Below are positions 26,946 to 38,555 of a DNA stretch of 64,000 nucleotides, piece after piece. The translations under genes were made by a program, and so were the position numbers. This DNA comes from Bilabrum cf. latius (taxonomy: Eukaryota), in assembly GCA_965178125.1 (NCBI GenBank), contig OZ237763.1, positions 434,001 to 498,000 of the forward strand. Direction: 5' to 3'. A model generated the notes under the pieces. It searched no databases. It was not told the origin of the DNA and saw nothing but the letters and a program-made list of their open reading frames with translations. Every line of letters begins with the position of its first letter. The stretch's first letter is position 1.

Positions 26946-29900
26946 ATGGACATCCCGCGCCAAAACCCAGTATTTCTAAAAGAATTAATCTTTAGCGATT
27001 CCAGACCGGAATCTACCGCACAGCTTGACCTTACTGCAACAGTAGAGAGATTTGCAAGCTGGTTGGTGACAGTACGAGGTGCACTCACAACACCACTGGC
27101 ACGTGGCCGCGAAGCTGTCGATATGCACGAGGACGTCCTTCGCGAAACCGTTGAATCAATCCGCTTATGGATCAAAATGGAGCATTCTGGGTACGCGATA
27201 GTCGCCGAGCTTAAGAACGAAGAATCCTTTGAGGCAGGTGCTGTGTTGAGTCTCTTGGTTCACGCATTGCTGTACAGCAGTCACATCCCTACTCTGTAGC
27301 CTTTGCTTGTTGGGCTAATAAATGAACTAATCGTCAGTTGCCCCCTGGCAGTGACTGCACTAGACACGCCAGGCGAATACCGACCGAAACGGGAAGCAGA
27401 GCTGGACGGCTGGTCTCTAGCCATGAGTTCCACGTTTAAACTGCAGGGGGATCCTCTTGGTAGTAGATTAAGGACGCACACGCCATAGATTCACTTGTTG
27501 CTCTCGAAACTAGTTGCTCTTTCGAGCCAGGATCGAAGTGTGGTCAGCGACGGGGAGCGGTAGCAATGCGTGGGTGCAAGGCATGTTGCAGTCGTGTTTT
27601 CCAATGTGTCATGGGCGCTTGGGGCTATCATCCAATTCGGTATAGAGCATTACGGTCGTGGTCCAATCATTAGTGCGATATATGCCTCTGCTGGTGGGCA
27701 CTTGGCCACGTTGTGCTGCCAAATGCTCAGCGCATTCTTGGATTCTGACTTTGCTTCCATCAATGAGACCTGTTCTAGGCTTGATGGGAGGTCGGACTCT
27801 GCATCGACTGCCGCAGCTAGCAGTGCAGCTCAGGGCAGCTCCGACGGGTCCGTGCGTGCGATGGCGCTGGACACCGCACTGCTGGTGCTGCAGGCACTGG
27901 GCACTACCCTCTACTGGATCCCACATGCACGCAAAGAAGTCTGCAAGAACGAAGAATTCGTCGCCCGCTTGACATCACTGGTAGATGATAGAGTCACATT
28001 GATTGTTGGGGCTGCTGTCAGTGGGGAGGGGCCGAAGGCGCAAGGCACGCCGCCCGACCAGGACATGCGCTTGGCAGGGCCCGGAAAACCAGATGCAACT
28101 GCAGCATTTGAGGCCACCCAGGGCGCTAGCATGCCCGAGAAGATTCTGATCATGAGACAAGCAATGGCCAAGGTGCTGAAGTTGATCGACACGCGGCCTC
28201 CTGCCCAGATCGAGGTCACGGAAGGCACCAACCCAATCAGAGCAGCTGCCAGCCTGAGCGGTGGCAAGTCAGCGGAGGCAACGCCCCCTGCAAGCTCGGG
28301 AGCGGGCGCCGACGATGCAAGTCATTTTTTCTCGGTGCCGATGGGAGCTTCTTTCGGTTCGTCAAGTAAGTAGTGCGGAAGGGAGGGCCTGCAGGCTCCA
28401 ATAGACAGCCTAGGCTAGGGTGGATCGGGCTCATCGTCCACAGCATATGGGGCTGCATGCGGGGTCACACCGACGATGCCAATGCGCGGATCGTCCTCCG
28501 CCGCATCAGCGAGTGCTTCATCCGGTGCGGTGTCTGGTGGATCCTAGCGTTGTGATGCTTGCGCGAGGATGATGCCAGACCCGTTGCAGGAGCTCAGACC
28601 GCTGCCTCTGAAGAAAACACCCGCCGGAATTGCATTCCTGATGGGTGCCTTGAACGGAAACAGCGTGCAATTACTGCAAGGACAATCCCCTGAGATGCGG
28701 AGAAACACTATGGGGTGGGCTGGTAGCAGTTTTTACAACGTAGCTCGGAGTGCATCCCAATCAGTGCCTGCAGCGCTCGAGTTGGGCACCGGGGCCTACG
28801 AGATGGGGCTGCCGCCTGGCAGAGCACCGGCGCGAGTGAGACGATTCGACACAGCCGGTGGCGTGGCCGGTGGCCAAAAGCTTATTGACCAGGAGAACGG
28901 AGTCTTCTTGAAGACTCCAACTTCAGGGGGCATGTACGGGAGCGAGGTCATGGCAGGCAAAGTCCTCAAGCTAGAGGCCAAGGCATCTAAGTGGGTGCAC
29001 AGCCTGGACTTTGTCGGTGCCAATGCCGCACATTCCATAATTTTTGATGTTCCATACTTCCCAGTCGATACTGAAGAAGATGCTCCCGTTGCGTTCCAGC
29101 GCGTTCTTGCCCAAACGGCCCTGCCGATTAGCGGTGACACGATTCGGCTGGGGTCGTCCGACGCTGGCGTCACCCTGCACCACGACGGTGCTCAAGACGG
29201 TGTCGCATCTACCCTAGCCGATCACTGCTGGCTAGCTCCAATTGGACAGACTGGCTGCAGAAAGCTGGTCGTGCATTCGTACACCGACTCGCCGGAGAGT
29301 CGCGCGATTTCAGCAGACTGGCTTGCAGCCATGAAAAGACGATCCGTCGACTGCTAGTAGCTTGAGATGGCATGCTTCCCTTCCAATCCTCGTGAACAAG
29401 GCATCCTAGACTATGTTCTCCGATGCAGCCACGCAGACGTCTCTATCCTCTACAAATTCTGCCAGAAGAAGCATGACACTTAGCAGATCGATGACGTTCG
29501 TCGAGACGGTGGAACAGCCGTTCCACGAACGCCCGAGGGCTGGCCGAAGTGCCTACTTCCGTTCGATGTTGAGCTTCATACACTCAAGGAAGGGTACCAG
29601 ATCATTACCGACCCGCACCGTTTGCTGATTCCCGATCAAAGCTGGATCGATGGCATGAACTCAGGCTGTTTGCATCTGTTTCAGCCCCGCGTTTGGGCTC
29701 TGGTTGGTGCGGCTGGACAGGAAGCGGGAGGGGCTGGCGCAGGTCCTTCAGATATGGGTCTGAAAACTCACCCTCCCGAGTCAATGTGTACTACTGAGAG
29801 CAAGTCTGCGAGCACTGTACATTATCCCCAAAGCGTAGACTCTGCGACCAGCACGAAAGCGAAGCCTGGCTATCCATTTGGCACTGCCAGTGCAGTTAGT

Positions 29901-31592
29901 ACGACATCTGACGCATACCCAAAACTTCGATGGGATACTGAAAGGACGTCAGAAAGCGCTTCAAGCGCCAGTGCACAGTCCCTACTTAGTCCTAGGTCTC
30001 CGATGTGCCGCAAATTTTGCAGCGGCGAGAGCGAGGCTGAGGTGCGCGTTGTGTCCGGCCAGCTTCAAGCCTCTGGTAGAGCAGGTTCATACCTTTAGTG
30101 GCCCATCTGGTCTCCGGACGCGAACCGAAAGAGAGGTGATTGCATGGAAGCGAAGGGAGATTTGTTGAAAGCCGTCCGGGAATGGTTGCTAGCTTGTGTA
30201 GTAGATACGAATGCTAGCACTGGGTCAAGTGCCACCGACCCTACGGAAGCGCTTGCTATTCCTCCCGTGGCAGAAGCAACAGTGTCAGGCACTGGTCGAA
30301 AAGCAGATCCGCGAGCAGAACCGCACGCAAAGTCGCGGGTGATGCCCTGCGAGGTCGAGGTGGAGGTCGTCGACCATAATCGAGGAGCTGGAATTATCTT
30401 TCTGGCTTGCTCCATCGCTGAGTCCTCGGGCCGATTTCCAGTGATAGTGTCAGCTCCAGCATGGTATTGGGGCGATCGCCCATCCCTTTCCTGTCTGTTC
30501 TCACCGCAAGCTGCGGCTATCGCGCGATCCCTCCGAGGTCCCGAAGGAGAGCAGCTGCCTCGCGTAAGCCCAGACTGTCTTGTCCTCAAGCACTGCGCGG
30601 ATGAGATGGCGCTTGGCAACCTTAGGACGGTGTCAGATGCATTGGTTTCAGATGAACAACTCAAGCGAGTCCATGACGAGCTGCTTGCGATCAATCTAGG
30701 TCCAGAGACCCGGCCTCACACTCTAGCACCACTCAAGGGTGCATGGCTTCGATTGCGATCAGCAGCTAAGGCGGTCTTCAAGCGATCTGGTCTTTGCCTG
30801 CGACATATTGGCCTGATACAAGACATGGAGCGACGGCATAACCTCGAACCAGTGCCGCTGGAGACTGTTCTAGCTTGCTGCCTGCCGCAGATTGAATCCA
30901 CCTCCGGAGCGGCGCTTGCAAGATCGATGCGGCAGGCGAGTAGGCTAGTGACGTCTCTGCAGTAGCAGGAGCTTGTGTGCATGGTTTGTCTAGTTGCTCG
31001 TGCGTTTGGGTCGAAGACGGTCGATCTCAGCGATGCGCTGCTACCACGCGCCCTTGGGACGCAGCACCCCTACCGTGTCATAGGGTCAGAGGCAACTGCC
31101 ATGGCCTCAGCGGCTGGTTCGGATAGTCCCAGTGCACGCTTGTTGCCAGAGTGTGCTGCTTGGGACGTAATGCTGCGAAATTGCGGGCGTTTGAGCGAAT
31201 ATGCGTTGCAGCCACGTGATCCCATGGCTGGATCATCATTCGCTCCGGCAGATATTGCTGGTGTTGAACAAGCCATGTCGCGTGGTCATGATCGCTTCAG
31301 TGGTGACATCGACGGGCTCATAGATAATGTGAAATAGCTAGCCACGGAGCTAGCTTGTGCTTAGCGCAGCGGAAATATGAAGCTCGAGAGCGATATGCTG
31401 ATACAGATCGGAGCAGCTTGCGAGATGCATCGCGACTTGAGGCCGCTCGGCTTGCGGGCCATGCTGCGATTCGCCAGCATGTGCTTGAACACCGGTCAGT
31501 CTGGGGCGATGCTCCTAGTTAGTAGGTACATGGAGAGGCTTGGCCCCGATTTTCGTGCGATTGCAACGACCGCGAAAATGTTGCCGGCATAA
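26946..31592 (+). CDS. Hypothetical protein ~1,548 aa (N-terminal part possibly a helical repeat)
   Basis: ORF pieces at 26946, 27303, 27570, 28569, 29622, 30144, 30975, 31377 share one frame with ~13 in-frame TAGs (including TAGTAG at 29355-29360) and no TAA/TGA until TAA at 31590. No family recognised. Confidence 0.7.
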
Positions 31593-31834
31593 TTGGGATC
31601 TAGTCTAAATATGTTGCTGTGCTGACTAGAGCATCGGGGCGTGACAGCATCCGATCTGTCTTTAGCATCTTATCATACCCAGAAACTGCGGCACGGGCAG
31701 CTTGGCCCGGTAGTCGTAGCAATGCATACAACCGCCTAGCTGCTGCCTACTTCGAGTCCAAAGAACTCTCATTCGCCAATACTGCTGCATGTCGCAGATG
31801 CTTTGCTAGTGGATATCAGCCGGGTTTGGGCACC

Positions 31835-32051
31835 ACTGCAGCTCGGGGGCAGTGAATCCACACATCGTGATGCTGCCATTCATATCCAAAATCATTTCGA
31901 TTATCTTTTTGTTATCGACCCCGAGTTTGTCTCGGCTCCCTTGCTTCGGCATCCACCACCACGTTACCCGGAGCCACTTCGCCCATAGGATTGGCCTACG
32001 CAAACCGGTCTCCATGCGCGCGCCCTGCCTCCCCTGCCACAAGCTTAGACA
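31835..32051. repeat. Dispersed copy of the DNase I gene 3' end and downstream block
   Basis: Close match with indels to ~43739-43979 (ctgcagctcgggggcagtgaatccacacatc...ctgccacaagcttagacat); first ~35 bp also at ~37826-37864. Confidence 0.85.
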
Positions 32052-32358
32052 TGGAAAATGGTGCGCGCTGTAGCTCAAGGTGCGTCCAACCAATATCGAT
32101 CGCTGGTAGCCCGTCGGCCTCCTGCCAGATGTAGGTGTTCATGCTCTTTGTGGATGACCACCGTCCAAGACGCTGCACAATGCCGTGCTCGATGTCCAAC
32201 CGCACCCTCGTGGTGGTGCTGGTTATGCGGAAGCTGTGCCCATGCCACCCACTCGCGTCAGCATGGCAGCTTGCACAGCGCCGCACCAGGCGTACGATGT
32301 CGGCTGCGGCGATGTGCCGCATCTTGCGGCGACCGTGCGATGCGATCTCCAGGAACAA
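32052..32358 (-). mobile_element. Fragment of a tyrosine recombinase (DIRS/Ngaro- or Crypton-type)
   Basis: GHSFRITSTT...IVQRLGRWSSTKSMNTYI carries the HxxR, GRW and catalytic Tyr motifs of YR-element recombinases. No RT/RNaseH seen nearby. Confidence 0.75.
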
Positions 32359-32852
32359 CTGACTGTTGCGACAGGGTGCTTGAACTTCTGTGTTGCCTCC
32401 ATTGAATATGCGAGGACCTCATGTGAATTGGTCAAACTCATAGCGCTTTCCCTCAAGCAAGCATCTGACGTCCGGGTAGTTGGTCCGACTCACGCCGTAG
32501 ATAAAACTGTGTACCCGCCCCAGGTGTGACGCTACTCGCCATCACCGGCCACCCTGCCAGTGGCCCACAGGCGTGAGTATGGCATCCGTGGATCGCTTGT
32601 CTGCCAGTGTACCGGATCCATTGAGGGCAATGCTTGCTTTCATTAATCTTATCGGAGCTGTCTATCCTGGATGTGTTCAATGAATCAAATCCTGAAGACG
32701 AGGTGCCTGCCTCAGCAACACAATTTGTTAGATGGGACTGCGACATGTGTCTATGCCATCAACATCGGTCTATTTTCAAACAGTAATGCTAAGCAAAAAA
32801 CAGCTGTGGGGCATATCCAGAAGGCCAAACCAAGGTCTTTTTCCATTTTATA

Positions 32853-33121
32853 TTATAGGTCGCGCTGGCGTTCGAGGCTGACTCCTACTCGTGTTGCATG
32901 GCCCACAGAGACCAGGCGCTCTCGTTCAGAGGCACGCCCGCATCGTTGGCCTGCACCAACCGGCCCACAAACTCCTCCCAGCTGCTGGCGTACAGCGTGC
33001 CCGCGATCCCGGCCCACTGCCGCTGGGCCTACGACTGCAGCATGGCCCCATGCAGAGCCTCCCAGCCCTGAATCACCAGCTGCCGGGCGTCGCTCGGGAC
33101 GTTCTGGTCCTGCAGGCCATA
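32853..33121 (-). pseudogene. NAGLU: Alpha-N-acetylglucosaminidase (GH89) C-terminal fragment
   Basis: Hand translation ARQLVIQGW...MLQS*AQRQWAGIAGTLYASSWEEFVGRLVQANDAGVPLNESAW...HE*E resembles the NAGLU C-terminal domain (LDYANKQ.AGL...Y..RW..F). Absent from the ORF track because of TAGs. Confidence 0.65.
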
Positions 33122-33703
33122 CCTGGATGTGATGAATGAATGCAGCAGCCAGTCATCATATTGGTTATACAAACGTTATCAGATCATCGCCCCGATGAGA
33201 GATTACAGACCCCGATTTGGCTTTCTACTTGCCCAATCAGCCAGTATCTTGCCCAATCGCGCAAACGCAACCTGAAGATTGCAACCTCGAACCGCTAAAA
33301 TTCGCTATGCTGGTCCACCCAGCTGGAAACAAAGGGGGGCTCTGGTTGGAATCATATACTATTACTGATTACGTGTCGGTGTAAGGCGGATTTGTTCACA
33401 TGTACACGATACATCCTCAGATCTTGGGATCGGTGATATTCAGGGTGGTGAACTTGGTATGCTTGGTCTCGCCTCAATTCAAAGTTTCCAGCTGACGCAA
33501 AGGTTCAACAGCCATAATTGCTTTTAAAAAGCCCGTATTCGGCTTCTCATATCCCAGAAAGAAATCTGGTCACAAAGCCGGAAACTTTGAAGTTCGACTC
33601 GGACCTGTTGACATGAGTTGTGGTCACAATTTAATGACACAAGAGGTTGATAGCTTAATCCACAAAAACCTGTACTGATTATTTGATAGCAAAGCAAGGA
33701 AAT

Positions 33704-36700
33704 TCAGACACTCTGGCGAACATCATTGACCTGCCGGCGCTGTTTCCACAAAGCTTCAGCAAGGCTGGTTGAATCGAATTTGCCGGCTGCCATGCTAGCA
33801 GTTCCAAGGCCAAGCTCGCGCGCAAGCTCATCGAGGACAGTACTCAGCGCCAACTAAGATTCGTGTGCCTCTTCTTCTGTTTCGCTCAGCAGAACTCGCC
33901 TCCTGGCCAGATACAGCCGAGCATCGGCGAATAGCATGTCATGCAGGTCAGCCCCGTAGATCACATCCATGTTCTCTTGTTGCGGAATTGCATTGGGCTT
34001 CCTGCCGGGCCGATTTCCCCCCTGCTCTGCATGGCCGGCCAGCTTTCGCACAGGGTCACTCACAGGCTTGCTAGTGATGATAAGTCGGTGCATGACCACA
34101 TTACCCGGGGTTTGGTGCTCGCCAAGCAATTTGCAGTACCTTTGATGGACATCGACCTACGTATCCCGGCCAAGAATCTTCTTAAGATCGCTAGCACCGA
34201 CGACTTGGGATTGTGAGTAGCCAGCCTTCACCTGAATCCGAATGACGTGAAAGATCTGCTTGGCAGCATTCTCGGGACTTGGGTTGCTTCGCAGCACCAC
34301 GACGAGATCAGAGCCGAACTAGTCCGGAAGCTCCTTGAAAATTTGACCGAATGCCGAGAACTGCCTGATTGCAACCCCAAGTCGACGCTTCTTGCGATCA
34401 GAGCCGCTATCCCTAAGCTCTCCCAAGCGAAGCTCTTGATCGGGCATGGACGGATTACTCCGATCCCAAGTCAGCTCCAACACCCCAGGTTTAGAGGAGT
34501 ACACGTCTCTGGGCAAAGAAGGCAGGCGGCCCTTGTCCAGTACCTTGGACTTGAAGTTGCGCCGCAAAGACTCGGCGATTACCAATTCGTAGTCCTCACC
34601 GAAGTCACCCGTCGGAAGATCAAGTGCCTGTTGCTCCCGAACCGTCAAGAAGATGTCTCGGGTGAGATCGATCTGCAGGGCTACTCGTGCGTATGCCAGA
34701 TTAGGGAACTGTACGCACCCCGAGCCCAGCTGCGGTTTGATTTGATTGAACTTCTGTTCCTCAGGAGAGTGGTACATCAACCACTAGTCATCGTGCCAGT
34801 TACGCAGCAGAACATCAAGCCCATCTTCGTACTTCAGACGATCTGAGGCGACCTGATCTGGCGGCAGCACTTCTTTGCCGACCTGTTCCAAATAGAACTT
34901 GACAGTGGACAAAGATACTAGCGGCATGACCTGGAAAGGGTTATCGAGGTCGAGTATCGCTTGCTTGCTTCCTGCATCACCTGCGAGAGAAGCTCGCGAG
35001 AGAGCCACTCCAAACCTGCTGAAAAGCGACTTGCGGTCCGACATCGCTCTAATGTACGATCTGAACTTGACACTCGTCCCCTGGAGCGCCCCCAGGCTCC
35101 TTGCAATTTCCCCGTTCAGCATGTATGCTCGCACAACCCGGTCATTGGCGGATTTCGCGGAGGCCAGTACTTCGTTGTCTTGCAGGTGCCTCTCAGCAAC
35201 TTCCAGGGTGATCCTGCCAACCGGGGCACTATTGGTATCCAGTGCATTCTGAACCTATGAATCAGGCTAGAGTGAGCGCACAGCGTGTTCCAAGCTGGGC
35301 TGAACATAGTACCCAGCCTGGTGCCACCACTGACCAAGCTTTAAGCCACCCCGCTTGCGCAAGCAGAATGCCAAGGCTAGAACTGCATCAGCTGCTGTCA
35401 CTACGCGGCGTTCAAATGGCGCACCTTGCTGCTATTCAGAAACGTCGTCAGGTTCCTGATCATTTAAGAGAGGTTGCCGAAGCAGCATGAGGTGCAGTTC
35501 CGGTTCAGAGTACACATTGGGCATTGCGTTGACGAGAAACTTGTCGTCCTGAAGCACCTCGCGCCCTTCAACTGGCCCATACACTTCTTTAGCCAGGCCC
35601 TTCTACGAGCCAGTCAAGAAGACCGTGGGCCTGCGCTACTCAATATTTATCATGTCGGCCATGATCGTCCAGAACTAGGATACCATTTCGCTGTAGTGCA
35701 AGTCCCTGGGACGTTCATCAGGCATCCGCACCTTTTGAGCTTCGTCAATGGCCAGCACAACGTGGATGTTGTACTCCGACAGCCAGTCTCCCATGAGCTG
35801 AGGAGTGAGCTAGTTGATTGTCCTGGCCCAGTCGGGCGGACTGCTGGCGTTTATGATCCCTGCTTTGGCAAGGCCGGCGGCAATCAACGCAACTGGGCTG
35901 GCATATCTCAAGTCACCGATATTACCAGTAGGGTCCTTGACGTAGATACCGACATGGGTAACGCTGGTTTGCGAGGTCGTTTTCTGGTGCGAATCCATAG
36001 ATGGCTCTCCCTAGTATTCAAGTGCCCAACGCACGAGCGCCTTTCCAAAGATCACATTACGCATCAGCTAGGACTTGCCGTATCCTCTGAAGCCGGTTGT
36101 CACACCGCCACGCATGACAGATGACCCGAAAGTTGTGGTCGCGAACGCTTCCTTCAAAAAGACGTCCAACCAAAACTCACGCTCAGACCCACACCTTGCG
36201 TCCACGATAGGAAGAACTGGTGCATCCGCAAATCCGTCGAAGCTGCTCACAGCAACAAGTGCCTCTCCAATCAGCAGAAGCGAATCTCGGACCGCTGCTA
36301 CCAGTGAGCTGCCACCTGCATCTGCTGCACTGGCGATGCGGTTCCTCACAGCAGTCTCCAGGTCGGGTCCCTTGAAATCGCCCTTGATTTCAAACTTTAA
36401 GTCTTTGGCGCGTTCGCTGAGTCGTGGAACCCAGCTGCAGTCAGGCACATCCAAGTAGTGCGCGTCCTTGAGGTAGTCCTTCGGGGGGCGGCCTTCCGCG
36501 ATATCGGCAAGGGCCTCCTCTCGAGCTCTCCTTGTTGCTGCTGGCAATTCCTTCAGCACGTCTTGAACGGTAGCAATAAGCGACTGTATGCCACGATCAT
36601 AGTCTTGGGACAAAATGAAGTCCTAGAACTTGGTATTCAAGACAATGTGTAGCAGACCACGATCAACAGCGCGCAACTCAGCGGCTGGCGCAAACCAGGG

Positions 36701-37180
36701 CTCTTCCTCGCTGACCGCTCGGCCGTTTGGTGCTTTATCTGCCCCTTCTTCGAATGCACCAAGCACGATGCTTGGCGATATATGCCGGTCTTGCTTCAGT
36801 TCTTGCACGAGAGAAGGTGGTACACCTTCAAGTACGGTTGCAAGCTCATCGAGCACGGAGCTCTGTACCGTCACGTCAGCACAAAACTAGACACTGGGAC
36901 TGGATTGGATATTTCTACTCATCCTACGGATTTTACTCGTCATTATCACAAAGTTTTGAAGACGTAGGGAAGACTCGAACGCTGAAATCCAAGTCTGCTT
37001 TGCTTGCACGGCAGCTGCTCGCCCCCCAGATTGGGAGTCTTGAACTGTCGAGCATAACCTTAGCGATTGCCATGCCAATGGTTTATGTGTTGCAGCTATC
37101 GAGGCGGGGGCGCGCACCCTATTCGTGCTTGCCCGAACGCGCAAAGCCTGCGAAATGTTATGGTCAGCACTCTTCTGCAT
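33704..37180 (-). CDS. P-loop NTPase + restriction-endonuclease-like protein (Crinkler/CR-type), copy A; start uncertain
   Basis: Pieces starting at 36874, 36613, 35998, 35134, 34780, 34129 lie in one frame joined across TAGs; TGA at 33704-33706. Walker A GFRGYGKS, Walker B hhhhDE, C-terminal GSDL...IRIQVK (D...QxK). Confidence 0.75.
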
Positions 37181-37530
37181 TAGTTTCCAGCGTCGTTGAC
37201 AACATGAGCACTCAAGTACTAGCGTGCGTCTTACCTACCGAAATTGAAGCCCGGCGAAGACGTGCGAACTGCTCTATCTCCCTTGAAAACGAAACTTGTT
37301 CAGTGCTTTGCTGATTGACAGCACCTGCCGCTGGGAAGCCCGCATATCTCAAGACTCCTAGCTGCAAGCTTCTATAAGCTGTTACAATAATATGGACGGA
37401 AGAAATGCACGATAATCCCGGGGTAGGACGCAGGCGTGCTACAAGGAAGTCTGTGAAGCATGGTCCATCGTTCAATCCCATTATATCTGATCTGCACGAT
37501 TTAAAGTGTTCGACCCAAGGGACCCAGGGA

Positions 37531-37864
37531 CAAGCCTATGCAATTTGGGGACACCAAATGAGTCCCCAAATCCCCAAATTACTCATTTTGAAAACAGTCA
37601 TTAGGGGTGCCTCACTCGCCGTTCCGATCGGTAGCCGAGGGGTAGCAGCGTGGTGGAGCTCGTTGCTATGAGCAATCCAATGCGGGATGCTCGTGTGTGT
37701 GCCAGAACAGCCGGGTACTGGCTACCCAGGCGCCTCATGGTACCGGCCACTGCCTACAGACAGCGTGGGTACACTTCCTAAAGACGACGAGTCCGCGGAG
37801 GAGCCCCCAGCGCCCACCTTTTGGGCTGCAGCTCGGGGGCAGTGAATCCACACATCATGATGCA
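37531..37864. repeat. Repeat block duplicated at ~43428-43777, with an ATTTGGGGAC/GTCCCCAAAT hairpin
   Basis: Near-identical to 43428-43777; inverted repeat at 37543-37571. Confidence 0.85.
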
Positions 37865-37871
37865 CCTGTTT

Positions 37872-38527
37872 TCAGCCCAGGTCCGCCAGCAGCCTGTACA
37901 TGACTGGGTTGTCGTAGATGCCCTCTGGGGAGGACCCCACGCCCGCCATGCCGCCACCGTGAGAGGTCGCGTTCGCCGCGGCCGCCGCAACATGGGTCAG
38001 GTTCCCGAAGATGCCCACGCGCCCGCCCCCGTTGTTGAGCACGCACCACACGAAGTCCTGTCCGAAGAGCCCCTCCGTCTCCTGCCAGATGGGGTACTTG
38101 AAGGCAGCCAGGTCCAGCACCAGCATGCGGCCCATGGGCACCCCCGTGACGAATGCCTTGATCTGAGGGGGCTTCCAGAAAGCCGGCTCGAAGGAGAAGG
38201 CCCACCCCTGGATCACCCACACCGCGTCAGGGTCCACCTCGGCCATCGAACCGAACGTTCGCGAAGCCACCGAGGCCAGGAACTAAGTGTCGTTGGACTG
38301 CGGCAGCATCTGGTTATAGCAGACCGCATTGAACAGGCGCGGCGTCCCCGGCTGCCCCAGCCCACACATAGTCTGGTTGTAGAACTGCAGGAAGTTCCTC
38401 TGGATCTGGTCGAATAGAGGGTCCGTGGGCTCGATGAACCCGTCCTCGGTGTACTCCTCCGGCATGCCCGCCCAGTAGGGAGACCTCGTGATGGTAGCGC
38501 CAGGAAACAAGTCCTGCAGGGCCAGCC
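37872..38527 (-). pseudogene. NAGLU: Alpha-N-acetylglucosaminidase (GH89) central catalytic-domain fragment (orphan exon)
   Basis: LQDLFPGATITRSPYW...IEPTDPLFDQI...YNQMLPQSNDT*FLASVAS...DPDAVWVIQGWAF...RMLVLDL...FVWCVLNNGGG...GVGSSPEGIYDNPVMY; TAG at 38283 joins two ORF-track pieces. Truncated at both ends. Confidence 0.85.
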
Positions 38528-38555
38528 TGCCACGCCGTTTGCAGCGGATCATGAT

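Noticed and set aside
33375-33480. TNPPY amino-methyltransferase-like motif on the minus strand
   Set aside because: Flanked by in-frame TGA/TAA with no SAM-binding motif; too little to call.
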